Positions 28,318-37,527 of a stretch of DNA of 64,000 nucleotides are shown here, in pieces. The position numbers were made by a program, and so were the translations under genes. The notes under the pieces were generated by a model. The model searched no databases and had not been told where the DNA came from. It saw only the letters and a list, made by a program, of their open reading frames with translations. The stretch is from Bacteroidales bacterium (GTDB lineage Bacteria > Bacteroidota > Bacteroidia > Bacteroidales > UBA3824): the NCBI GenBank assembly GCA_017417315.1, contig JAFPZK010000045.1, forward strand, positions 20,757 through 84,756, in the 5' to 3' direction. Numbering within the stretch: position 1 is the stretch's first letter; each line of letters starts with the position of its first letter.

Positions 28318-29748
28318 TTATCCCGCCAATAAATCCTCTGCTGTTACTTCGTTTTGAACAATGCCGGAATGAACATTCGGGACAACGCCGAAAACCGTTA
28401 CAAAAGTAACCGCCAAGGCTTTTGTGGTTTTGGTTTCAGCCCTGAAAATTGCGTTGCGCATACGGAGTTTGCTTTCGTAATCCTTTGAAATTGTGTACGG
28501 TTCAGACGAAAATTTTATCTCGCAAACATTAATTGTGCGGTCGCTGCGGTCAATTAGCAAATCTATTTGCGTGTTTTCTTCCGCATTGTTGCTGCGCCAA
28601 GTGCTGACCGAGGTCGCCATACCCGAAATGCCGAGTTTTTGTTTTATCTGCCCGATGTGCATCATGCAGACAAGTTCAAAAGTGTAACCCTGCCAAGAAT
28701 AAATTTTCGGCGAATTAAAATTATGCGCCCAAAATTCATCATCGCCGGTCTTGACATTTTCAATAAAACGAAAGTAAAAAAGCGTGTAAAAATCCGTTAG
28801 TTTGTAAATTGTGTTTTTCGACGGATTCTTGAATTTAGTATAACCGGTTATAAAATCGCATTTCTCCAAGTTGTCAAGAATTTTTGACAGTCCGCCGCCT
28901 GAAAGTTTGGTTTTTTCGATGACTTCATTTCGTGAAAGACCTTCGCGTTTTTGCGACAAAGCCCTGACAACGGTAATGTATTTGTCAGAATTTGAAAAAA
29001 GCGCGTTGTAAAGTTCGTTGAACTCGCCGTTCAAAACGCCTCGCTGCTTAAAAAACAGATAATCAATGTTTTGAACAAAACTTAACTGCGGGTCTAAAAG
29101 GCTATAATAAAAAGGCACTCCGCCCAAAATCATATAACATTGAATCGTTTGATAAATGTCCCAATTACATTTTTTGTACTTCAAATATTCCTTACATTCA
29201 TTTAATGTGAACGGACGGAGATAAATTTTGCGGGTTATACGGTTGTGTAAACCGCCCTGATTATCAACGAGTTTGTCGCTCATCCATGAAGTTGCCGAAC
29301 CGCAGGCAACAAGCACAATATCATCGCGCATCAAAGCAAAACCGTTCCAAAAATTTTCCAACGCATTGACAAAAAGCGATTTCGGCGAATCAATCCACGG
29401 CATTTCGTCAATGAAAATGATTTTGCGGCGTTGTTTCGGTAGGCTTTCCAAATAGTTTTGAAGGAATCTGAAAGCCTCGTACCAATCTTTCGGCACAAGA
29501 GGAAATTGTGATTTGGAATATTTTTGAAGCGAAGCCGCAAAATTTTCCAACTGCTGTTTCGGCGACATATTCCGTGCGCCAGTATATTGAAAATCGAATT
29601 TGTCATTGAAAAAACTGCGCACTAAAAAAGTTTTCCCGATTCGTCTACGTCCGAAAATGATTACAAATTCTGACCGAGAGGAATTACAACAAGATGTAAG
29701 TTGCTGATATTCAAAGTTTCTGCCGATAATTTTTTCCATAATCACCAA
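28318..29748 (-). CDS. ATP-binding protein (Arch_ATPase + DUF234-type C-terminal PD-ExK-like module), intact copy B
   Basis: Walker A GRRRIGKT, Walker B IIFIDEMPW, C-terminal IDLLIDRSDRTINVCEIKFS. Confidence 0.8.
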   Translation of the reverse strand: MVIMEKIIGRNFEYQQLTSCCNSSRSEFVIIFGRRRIGKTFLVRSFFNDKFDFQYTGARNMSPKQQLENFAASLQKYSKSQFPLVPKDWYEAFRFLQNYLESLPKQRRKIIFIDEMPWIDSPKSLFVNALENFWNGFALMRDDIVLVACGSATSWMSDKLVDNQGGLHNRITRKIYLRPFTLNECKEYLKYKKCNWDIYQTIQCYMILGGVPFYYSLLDPQLSFVQNIDYLFFKQRGVLNGEFNELYNALFSNSDKYITVVRALSQKREGLSRNEVIEKTKLSGGGLSKILDNLEKCDFITGYTKFKNPSKNTIYKLTDFYTLFYFRFIENVKTGDDEFWAHNFNSPKIYSWQGYTFELVCMMHIGQIKQKLGISGMATSVSTWRSNNAEENTQIDLLIDRSDRTINVCEIKFSSEPYTISKDYESKLRMRNAIFRAETKTTKALAVTFVTVFGVVPNVHSGIVQNEVTAEDLLAG

Positions 29749-29773
29749 TGTTTTTACGTTGGCAAATATAAGA

Positions 29774-29868
29774 ATAACCGTCCAAATCTCAAAATTTTTT
29801 TCAGATTTGGACGATTATCATTTTTTTCAACCGTCCAAATCTCGATTTTTTTGCGGATTTGGACGGTT
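29774..29868. repeat. second copy of the twin-hairpin element
   Basis: Same stems as 26818-26913, with one mismatch (29814) and one G-T wobble. Same position relative to the ATPase promoter. Confidence 0.9.
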
Positions 29869-30030
29869 ATTAATTTTCCCCGCACATCGAAAATAAGCCC
29901 GTCCTTTGTTAATTTATGTTAATCAACAAAAAATATATTTTGAAATCCGAAACATTCCTTTTATTTTTACCATATAAATATATGCCGATACCGCACGGCG
30001 GTTTCGGCGAAAAAGACATAATAACTATAA

Positions 30031-30206
30031 TCGCACTCAAGAAATAAGCCTAGGAAACTCATTTCTCGAAAGTAAGATTCAACAAACTCACGGAACGTCC
30101 GTAATAGGAGGATTCCGCTCATCACCATTATCTGTTTACGCCCTTGGCGTAACCTTATCTATTGGGTGATGGCGGATTTTTTTTCCTAGGCTTTCCGTGA
30201 GTGCGA
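30031..30206. repeat. 176-bp element bounded by 25-27-nt imperfect inverted repeats; candidate structured RNA or MITE
   Basis: TCGCACTCA (30031-39) pairs with TGAGTGCGA (30198-206). AGCCTAGGAAA (30047-57) pairs with TTTCCTAGGCT (30182-92). Inner stems are ACGGA/TCCGT (30090-102), CCGCtCATCACC/GGTGATGGCGG (30115-26 / 30165-75) and TTACGCC/GGCGTAA (30136-52). A T8 run lies at 30177-84. Confidence 0.35.
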
Positions 30207-30295
30207 ATAGAAAGGTTTACGCCTTTTTTATTGCCTTTTCTTGACTTGTTTCTTTTCAGTGCAAAAATTATTAACATTTTAAAAATTAATGCATT

Positions 30296-31129
30296 ATGAA
30301 ATTAATTGTACTTTATGGACCTGAAAATTCAGGAAAAACAATCACCTTGAAAATAGTGTATGAAAGGTTGAAGAAATACAATCTCTTGGAGACTCATTGG
30401 TTCAGATATTATGATCATGACCGTGCACATCTCGATTTTCGAGATGTGCTTGTATTTCCATACATTGATAATCGAGTGTTAAAAGATAAAAGCGAAGAGG
30501 ATTCGACTGAAATTGAAAATATTTTAGCTTCATTGAGTGAATTAAATCAAAATAATACAAACTCATTTAAGTTGTCTTTGGAAAGTAAGAGAAAAAAACA
30601 AAAAGCGAGCACAAAAAACGTTCCCGAAGAAATAGAAAGTGAGAAAAAACTCAATTGGTGTGAATCATTTCCTTTGCAGCCATATACTCAAAGTGAATTT
30701 GGGAGAAAAATTCAAAAATTTGAAGATTATAACAAATCTATGTTTCCCAAAGAGTCTGAATATGAACCTGCGTATGGTGATGATTTAATCCCCATTGGGT
30801 GTTATAAGGTCGGATTTGTTTTAGAAGGAGATTTTGGTTTTGTGCATACAAGTAATTATTGGGCGCAAAATAATCGAAATTTATATAAGCATTTGCTTGA
30901 ATTGGTTAATTGTGATACAATTATCTGTGCGTGTTCTGAATTATCAGCAAACACTCCCGTACAGCAAAAACCACTGCTTTGTATTGCTTTTTTCGCCATC
31001 TATTGCTTTTTAAATAATATTCCAATACAATTATTTCATGTGAATTCTATTTCCCTTACAGACAAACACTGGACAACCAGAAACATCGAAAACGAAAAAA
31101 TTGCTAACCAAATAATTCAATTGATTTAA
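30296..31129 (+). CDS. P-loop NTPase-like protein of unknown function
   Basis: N-terminal Walker A LYGPENSGKT. A low-complexity insert of about 150 aa, then a candidate Walker-B-like VGFVLEGD. AT-rich relative to its neighbours. Confidence 0.5.
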   Translation: MKLIVLYGPENSGKTITLKIVYERLKKYNLLETHWFRYYDHDRAHLDFRDVLVFPYIDNRVLKDKSEEDSTEIENILASLSELNQNNTNSFKLSLESKRKKQKASTKNVPEEIESEKKLNWCESFPLQPYTQSEFGRKIQKFEDYNKSMFPKESEYEPAYGDDLIPIGCYKVGFVLEGDFGFVHTSNYWAQNNRNLYKHLLELVNCDTIICACSELSANTPVQQKPLLCIAFFAIYCFLNNIPIQLFHVNSISLTDKHWTTRNIENEKIANQIIQLI

Positions 31130-31130
31130 A

Positions 31131-32591
31131 ATGAATACTATGAAAAAAATACTAACACTATTGTTCGCATTCATTGTGATGACAAGCACAATGAATGCTC
31201 AAGAAACAGAGCCTGATTATCTGTGCTTTGAAGTCGAAGCGGGAACAACGATTAGTTTGGCTACATTGAGTTGGTATACTTCCAACTATACCTATGTTTT
31301 TAAAAATGACGTGAATATCCAATATTCATTCGATAAAAAAAACTGGTCTACTTTAAAATACAACAAAATAAACGTGGAAACGGACTGCAACATTTATTTT
31401 AAAGGAACAAATACTTGTTTTTATAAAATTGATGAAGAAGAAAAAAAAATTTATGCGGTTCACTTTGTAGTTTCCAAATCGTTTAAATGTTCAGGAAACA
31501 TTATGACTTTAATTGATGAAATAGGAGAAACAACAACTCTAACAGAAAAATATGCTTTTGCACATCTTTTTGAAGCGACTCCTATTACCACTGCACCCAA
31601 ATTACCAGCATTAGTTTTATCGACCCTGTGTTATGAGTACATGTTTTATGAATGTCGTAATCTAATAGCAGCTCCTGAATTACCAGCAACAACCTTGTCT
31701 TCTGGTTGTTATTCGAATATGTTCCATCATTGCGAAAATCTAACAACCGCACCTGAATTACCAGCAACAACCTTGGCTTCAAGTTGTTATTCGACTATGT
31801 TCAGTCATTGTGAAAGTTTAACAACCGCACCTGAATTACCAGCAACAACATTGGCTTCAAATTGTTATACGGAGATGTTTTCATACTGCGAAAGTCTCAC
31901 AGTTGCACCTAAACTACCTGCAACAACATTGGCTTCAAGTTGTTATTTGGCAATGTTTACATACTGCAAAAGTCTTATAATTGCACCTAAACTGCCAGCA
32001 ACAACATTGGCTTCAAGTTGTTACACCTATATGTTTGAAGGATGTAGCAATTTATTGATTGCTCCCGAATTGCCTGCAACTATATTAGCAGAAAGATGCT
32101 ATGAACAAATGTTTTCAGAATGTAAAAGTCTTACAACTACGCCTATACTTCCTGCTAATGAGTTAAAAAGTGCTTGCTACAGAGGAATGTTTGGTGGCTG
32201 TTCCAATTTAGAGAAAACTGCGCCTATATTATTTGAAGCACCACATTCATCAAAAATATCTTCGGGTTGGGAAAGAATGTTTGTTTATTGCAATAAATTG
32301 AAGTATATGTCTGTAAGGTTCAATAAATGGACATATAATAGCAATTATGGAGACATATATATCACCAAACAATGGGTTTTGGGTGTTAATAATGGAAGTG
32401 GAACTTTTGTTTGCCCCTCAACTTTGCCAAAAGAATATAGTGAAGATTGTATCCCTTTTGGTTGGACGGTCAAATCATTGGATGAGATAATTGGATATAA
32501 CATTCGCGTTACAGATCTTCAAAAGATTACATTACTACTTCTGAAACAATGGAGATTGAAGCTGGTTCAAAAATTCATATTGCTGTTATAA
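31131..32591 (+). CDS. BspA-type leucine-rich-repeat surface protein (N-terminal part of a split gene)
   Basis: Signal peptide ...MNA|QE. Eight to nine 26-aa repeats of the form APELPATTLASSCYSTMFSHCESLTT. The 3' end overlaps the next ORF. Confidence 0.75.
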   Translation: MNTMKKILTLLFAFIVMTSTMNAQETEPDYLCFEVEAGTTISLATLSWYTSNYTYVFKNDVNIQYSFDKKNWSTLKYNKINVETDCNIYFKGTNTCFYKIDEEEKKIYAVHFVVSKSFKCSGNIMTLIDEIGETTTLTEKYAFAHLFEATPITTAPKLPALVLSTLCYEYMFYECRNLIAAPELPATTLSSGCYSNMFHHCENLTTAPELPATTLASSCYSTMFSHCESLTTAPELPATTLASNCYTEMFSYCESLTVAPKLPATTLASSCYLAMFTYCKSLIIAPKLPATTLASSCYTYMFEGCSNLLIAPELPATILAERCYEQMFSECKSLTTTPILPANELKSACYRGMFGGCSNLEKTAPILFEAPHSSKISSGWERMFVYCNKLKYMSVRFNKWTYNSNYGDIYITKQWVLGVNNGSGTFVCPSTLPKEYSEDCIPFGWTVKSLDEIIGYNIRVTDLQKITLLLLKQWRLKLVQKFILLL

Positions 32592-35500
32592 ATAGGACAT
32601 CCGAAGGTTATACTATTTCCAATATATATGCTATTGATGACAATCAAAATCAAATTGCAATAGAAAACGAAGGTGATGTGTATTCGTTTACAATGCCAGC
32701 GGAAGATGTAACTATCAGCGTAACTTACGCACCTATAAAATATACTATTACCACCGATGATTATTCTTCGGTAGAAGAAACAAAAGTGAGCGCAGGGAAA
32801 ATCGTAAATGTAACTTTCTCGCAAAGAGACGGTTACACTTTGTCAAGCGCAAAGTTTAACAACACGGCTTTGACGATTTCAAACAATGCAGCAACTTTTA
32901 CAATGCCGGCAGGAAATGTGTCAATCACTGCGACTTACACGCCGATTGAATACACAATCACTTCTGACCAATATTCAACGCCAAGCAAAACAAAAGCAAA
33001 TGTTGGCGATGAAATCACGGTAACTTTCTCGCAAAGAAGCGGTTATACTTTGTCAAGCGCGAAAGTTAATAATACGGCTTTGACGATTTCTAACAATGCA
33101 GCAACTTTTACAATGCCGGCGGAAAACGTGTCGATTTCAGCGACTTACACGCCGATTGAATATACAATTATTTCCGACCAATATTCAACGCCAAGCAAAA
33201 CAAAAGCAAATGTTGGCGATGAAATTACAGTAAATTTTGCACAAAGAAGCGGTTATACGTTGTCAAGTGCAAAGTTTAATAATACGGCTTTGACTATTTC
33301 AAACAATCAGGCAACATTTACAATGCCGGCGGAAAATGTTTCAATTACAGCGACTTACACGCCGATTGAATACACAATCACTTCCGACCAATATTCAACG
33401 CCAAGCGAAACAAAAGCAAATATCGGAGAAGTAATTTCAGTAAATTTTGCGCAAAGAAGCGGTTATACGTTGTCAAGTGCAAAGTTTAACAATACGGCGT
33501 TGACGATTACAAACAATCAGGCAAAATTCACAATGCCGGCGGAAAATGTGTCAATTACAGCGACTTACACGCCAATTGAATACACAATTACTGCCGACCA
33601 ATATTCAACGCCAAACAAAACAAAAGCAAATATTGGCGAAGAAATTACCGTAAATTTTGCGCAAAGAAACGGTTATACTTTGTCAAGCGCGAAAGTTAAT
33701 AATACGGCTTTGACGATTTCTAACGGCTCAGCAAAATTTACAATGCCGGCGGAAAATGTTTCAATTTCAGCGACTTACACGGCGATAGATTACTCAATCA
33801 CTGCCGACCAATATTCTACGCCAAACAAAACAAAAGCAAATATTGGCGAAGAAATTACGGTAAGTTTCTCGCAAAGAAGTGGTTACACTTTGTCAAGTGC
33901 AAAATTTAACAATACGGCTTTGACGATTTCTAACAACGCGGCGAAATTTACAATGCCAGCAGGAAATGTTTCAATCACTGCGACTTACACGCCGATTGAA
34001 TACACAATCACTTCTGACCAATATTCTACGCCAAGCAAAACAAAAGCAAATGTCGGTGATGAAATTACGGTAACTTTCTCGCAAAGAGACGGTTACACTT
34101 TGTCAAGCGCGAAGTTTAACAATACGGCTTTGACGATTTCAAACAACGCAGCAAAATTCTCAATGCCGGCGAAAAATGTGTCAATCACAGCGACTTACAC
34201 GGCGATAGATTACACAATCACTTCTGACCAATATTCTACGCCAAGCAAAACAAAAGCAAATATTGGCGAAGAAATTACTGTAACATTCTCGCAAAGAAGC
34301 GGTTATACTTTGTCAAGTGCAAAAGTTAATAATACGGCATTGACAATTACAAACAGCGCGGCAAAATTCTCAATGCCAGCGGAAAACGTGTCAATTACAG
34401 CAACTTACACGGCGATAGATTACACAATCACTTCTGACCAATATTCTACGCCAAGCAAAACAAAAGCAAATATCGGCGATGAAATTACGGTAAATTTCTC
34501 ACAAAGAGACGGTTACACTTTGTCAAGTGCAAAGTTTAATAATACGGCTTTGACTATTTCAAACAATCAGGCAACATTTACAATGCCGGCGGAAAACGTT
34601 TCGATTTCAGCAACTTACACGGCAATTGATTACACAATCACTTCTGACCAATATTCAACGCCGAACAAAACAAAGGCAAATATCGGCGATGAAATTTCGG
34701 TAACTTTCTCGCAAAGAAGCGGTTATACTTTGTCAAGTGCGAAAGTTAACAATACGGCGTTGACGATTTCAAACAATGCGGCAACTTTTACAATGCCGGC
34801 GGAAAACGTGTCGATTACAACGACTTACACGCCGATTGAATATACAATCACTTCCGACCAATATTCAACGCCAAGCAAAACAAAAGCAAATATTGGCGAA
34901 GAAATTACCGTAAATTTTGCGCAAAGAAACGGTTATACTTTGTCTAGCGCGAAAGTTAATAATACGGCTTTGACGATTACAAACAATCAGGCAAAATTCA
35001 CAATGCCGGCGGAAAATGTTTCGATTACTGCGACTTACACGGCAATTGATTACACAATCACTTCTGACCAATATTCAACGCCAAGCAAATCAAAAGCAAA
35101 TATCGGCGAAGAAATTACGGTAAATTTCGCACAAAGAAGCGGTTACACGTTGTCAAGCGCGAAATTTAACAATACAGCGTTGACGATTTCAAACAATGCG
35201 GCAACATTCACAATGCCGGCGGAAAATGTTTCAATTACAGCGACTTACACGCCGATTGAATACACAATCACTTCTGACCAATATTCTACGCCAAGCAAAA
35301 CAAAAGCAAATGTTGGCGAAGAAATTTCGGTAACATTCTCACAAAGAAGTGGTTACACTTTATCAAGCGCAAAGTTTAACAATACGGCTTTGACGATTTC
35401 TAACAACGCGGCGAAATTTACAATGCCGGCAGGAAATGTTTCAATCACTGCGACTTACACAGCGATTGAATATAATGTAACTTGCGACGAATTTGTAACG

Positions 35501-36661
35501 GCGAACAAGACAAAGGCGACCATCAACGACAAAGTTACATTTACCGTTCAAGACCGCACAAACGACGGTTATAAACTTGATAAAGTTTTTATTAACAACG
35601 TCGAGGTTTCAGTCAGAGAGTTTGAAATGAAAAACTTTTTGCAAGACGTAACCATCACGGCGCAATATTCAAAAATTGAAACGGAACAAAAACCGGAAAT
35701 AATTACAGACGGAAATGTTGAAATAAACTTGCCTGATAACATTCAGGAAAATTCCCTCGTATATTTTACAGTTGCGCAAAAAGAAGGCTATTCGGCATTT
35801 GTATATGTAAACGGCTCATTAACAGATGAATACTCTTTCATCTTCAAAGGAAAGGTTGAAATAAAAGTTGATTACAAAGAGTTGACCGTAACTAATATTT
35901 CAAAAGAAACCGAAGGTTATTGCGCCGGTGATGAAGTTAACATTTCATTCACCACCAATCCGTATGCAAAAATGTATGAAATCACATTCTCAAACGAGGC
36001 ACAAAAAGAAGGCTTTGAAAACGTTGATTTTAAAGATGTTATGTCATACGAGAACCAAGACTTCACGCTAAAAATTCCAAAAACGACAAAGCCCGGAAAA
36101 TACCACGCCTTTATTCGTGTCAAGGATTCAAAGGACAGTCGCAGCAGAAATTTTGAATTTGACATTGAAGTTTTTTATCCTAACGACATCGTTGAAACAA
36201 AATATTCCGACATGATTTGTGTAAATAATTTCAAGAACGAATATATTGGTTATCAGTGGATTAAAAACAATCAAGAAATCAAAGGCGCAAACAAACAGTT
36301 CTATTTTGATATGCCGCATTTAAACGGTATTTACAGTGTGATTTTAGTTAAACAAAGCGGCGAAAAAATCCGCACTTGTAATCTGAAAATCAACGATTTA
36401 AGCAGCAAAAAGGCGGCTGTAAAAACAGTCAAAGTTTATCCGAATCCTGCAAAAAGCAACGAACCCTTTACGATTGAGTTAGCGGGATTTGACGGTTTTT
36501 CTGACACTTACATCTTGATTTATAATCAGTTAGGAGTGTTAATAGAGAAAATCACTGACGTAAAAGAAAGTAACGTTCTTTCGCTAAAAAGCGGTTTTTA
36601 CAGCGGCGTAGCCGTTAGCGGAAACAGTAAATTAACTTTTAAAATTATTGTAAATGACTAA
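32549..36661 (+). CDS. giant repeat protein (Listeria-Bacteroides-type 70-aa repeats) with a T9SS C-terminal sorting domain
   Basis: About 14 units of the form YTPIEYTITSDQYSTPSKTKANVGDEITVTFSQRSGYTLSSAKVNNTALTISNNAATFTMPAENVSITAT. C-terminal VKVYPNPAKSNEPFTIEL...KLTFKIIV. No signal peptide of its own. Confidence 0.8.
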   Translation: MEIEAGSKIHIAVINRTSEGYTISNIYAIDDNQNQIAIENEGDVYSFTMPAEDVTISVTYAPIKYTITTDDYSSVEETKVSAGKIVNVTFSQRDGYTLSSAKFNNTALTISNNAATFTMPAGNVSITATYTPIEYTITSDQYSTPSKTKANVGDEITVTFSQRSGYTLSSAKVNNTALTISNNAATFTMPAENVSISATYTPIEYTIISDQYSTPSKTKANVGDEITVNFAQRSGYTLSSAKFNNTALTISNNQATFTMPAENVSITATYTPIEYTITSDQYSTPSETKANIGEVISVNFAQRSGYTLSSAKFNNTALTITNNQAKFTMPAENVSITATYTPIEYTITADQYSTPNKTKANIGEEITVNFAQRNGYTLSSAKVNNTALTISNGSAKFTMPAENVSISATYTAIDYSITADQYSTPNKTKANIGEEITVSFSQRSGYTLSSAKFNNTALTISNNAAKFTMPAGNVSITATYTPIEYTITSDQYSTPSKTKANVGDEITVTFSQRDGYTLSSAKFNNTALTISNNAAKFSMPAKNVSITATYTAIDYTITSDQYSTPSKTKANIGEEITVTFSQRSGYTLSSAKVNNTALTITNSAAKFSMPAENVSITATYTAIDYTITSDQYSTPSKTKANIGDEITVNFSQRDGYTLSSAKFNNTALTISNNQATFTMPAENVSISATYTAIDYTITSDQYSTPNKTKANIGDEISVTFSQRSGYTLSSAKVNNTALTISNNAATFTMPAENVSITTTYTPIEYTITSDQYSTPSKTKANIGEEITVNFAQRNGYTLSSAKVNNTALTITNNQAKFTMPAENVSITATYTAIDYTITSDQYSTPSKSKANIGEEITVNFAQRSGYTLSSAKFNNTALTISNNAATFTMPAENVSITATYTPIEYTITSDQYSTPSKTKANVGEEISVTFSQRSGYTLSSAKFNNTALTISNNAAKFTMPAGNVSITATYTAIEYNVTCDEFVTANKTKATINDKVTFTVQDRTNDGYKLDKVFINNVEVSVREFEMKNFLQDVTITAQYSKIETEQKPEIITDGNVEINLPDNIQENSLVYFTVAQKEGYSAFVYVNGSLTDEYSFIFKGKVEIKVDYKELTVTNISKETEGYCAGDEVNISFTTNPYAKMYEITFSNEAQKEGFENVDFKDVMSYENQDFTLKIPKTTKPGKYHAFIRVKDSKDSRSRNFEFDIEVFYPNDIVETKYSDMICVNNFKNEYIGYQWIKNNQEIKGANKQFYFDMPHLNGIYSVILVKQSGEKIRTCNLKINDLSSKKAAVKTVKVYPNPAKSNEPFTIELAGFDGFSDTYILIYNQLGVLIEKITDVKESNVLSLKSGFYSGVAVSGNSKLTFKIIVND
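32721..35660 (+). repeat. tandem array with a 210-bp unit (12 near-identical copies plus divergent flanking copies)
   Basis: The GCGACTTACACGCCGATTGAATA anchor recurs at 32931, 33141, 33351 ... 35451, an exact 210-bp period. Confidence 0.95.
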
Positions 36662-37487
36662 TATTATGAAACATACAATTTTAACACTTTGCTTTTTGAC
36701 GTTTTTCGGCTCTTTGTTTGCGCAAAACAAGGGGCAGGACTTTTTGTCGCTGACTATTGGCGGCGGTTATCACGCAATCAACTATAAATTAGACGGTTAC
36801 GGCGACAAAACTAACGGTTTCGGTTTTGCGGCAAAACTTGGTTACGAGCATTTTTTCTCTTCCGAAGCGGGGATTTCAACAGGCGTAATGACAGGTTGTT
36901 TTAAGACATCAACCACTCTTAACTATTTGCAAACCATAGACAAAGCCGTTGATGAGGACAACAACATTTACACACACCGCACGTATTTTAACAGTCTGAA
37001 AGAAAGTCAAAAGCAAACAATGTTGATAATTCCGGCGGAATTTGTTTATCGTTTTTCGTTGAGCAGCAAAATTGAGTTATGGTTGAGCGGCGGATTATTC
37101 GGCGGTTTTACGTTAAAAAGCGATTTCAAGACCGAAAAAGGCAACCTTGAAACGCGCCGTTTTTATTACGAACAGAATTTGGAAGTTTACGGTGATTATC
37201 CTATGCACGGTCTGTATACGGAGAACAGTTTCAGTGCCCAAAACAGTTTAAAACCTGTTTTGGGCGGCATTTTTGAACCGAATTTTCTCGTAAGGCTCAC
37301 AGAAAAAGTTGATTTGAAATGCGGATTTTATTTTCTGTATTCTTTCACGGCTCAGAATAAACAAGACTCTGAAAATCTTTACGACCCTGAGAGTAAGAAT
37401 TACAACGGCTTTTTTAATTCCCACTTAACCGACAAAACCCATCCTATGCTGACGGGCTTTTTACTCGGCGCGAATTACTCTTTTTAA
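36654..37487 (+). CDS. outer-membrane beta-barrel protein
   Basis: Signal peptide FGSLFA|QN (likely start ATG 36666). Gly/aromatic alternating strands, C-terminal ...GANYSF. Confidence 0.6.
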   Translation: MTNIMKHTILTLCFLTFFGSLFAQNKGQDFLSLTIGGGYHAINYKLDGYGDKTNGFGFAAKLGYEHFFSSEAGISTGVMTGCFKTSTTLNYLQTIDKAVDEDNNIYTHRTYFNSLKESQKQTMLIIPAEFVYRFSLSSKIELWLSGGLFGGFTLKSDFKTEKGNLETRRFYYEQNLEVYGDYPMHGLYTENSFSAQNSLKPVLGGIFEPNFLVRLTEKVDLKCGFYFLYSFTAQNKQDSENLYDPESKNYNGFFNSHLTDKTHPMLTGFLLGANYSF

Positions 37488-37496
37488 AAATCTTAT

Positions 37497-37527
37497 AGGG
37501 GCTGCCTTTTTTTGACAGCCTCTTTTT
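37497..37527. terminator. hairpin terminator between convergent genes
   Basis: AGGGGCTG (37497-504) pairs with CAGCCTCT (37516-23), followed by a T-run. Confidence 0.5.

Noticed and set aside
30020-30215. Structured element compared with purine, fluoride, ZTP and TPP riboswitches, 6S RNA, SRP RNA and a retron msr-msd.
   Set aside because: TATAATCGC and GGTGATGGCGG give superficial resemblance to purine and fluoride aptamers, but the required pairing partners and conserved loops are absent. The central bubble is far too asymmetric for 6S RNA. No reverse transcriptase is nearby, which excludes a retron. It remains unclassified.
32721-35660. Regular repeat array considered as a possible CRISPR.
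   Set aside because: The period is 210 bp with no unique spacers. The whole array is one open reading frame encoding a 70-aa protein repeat.
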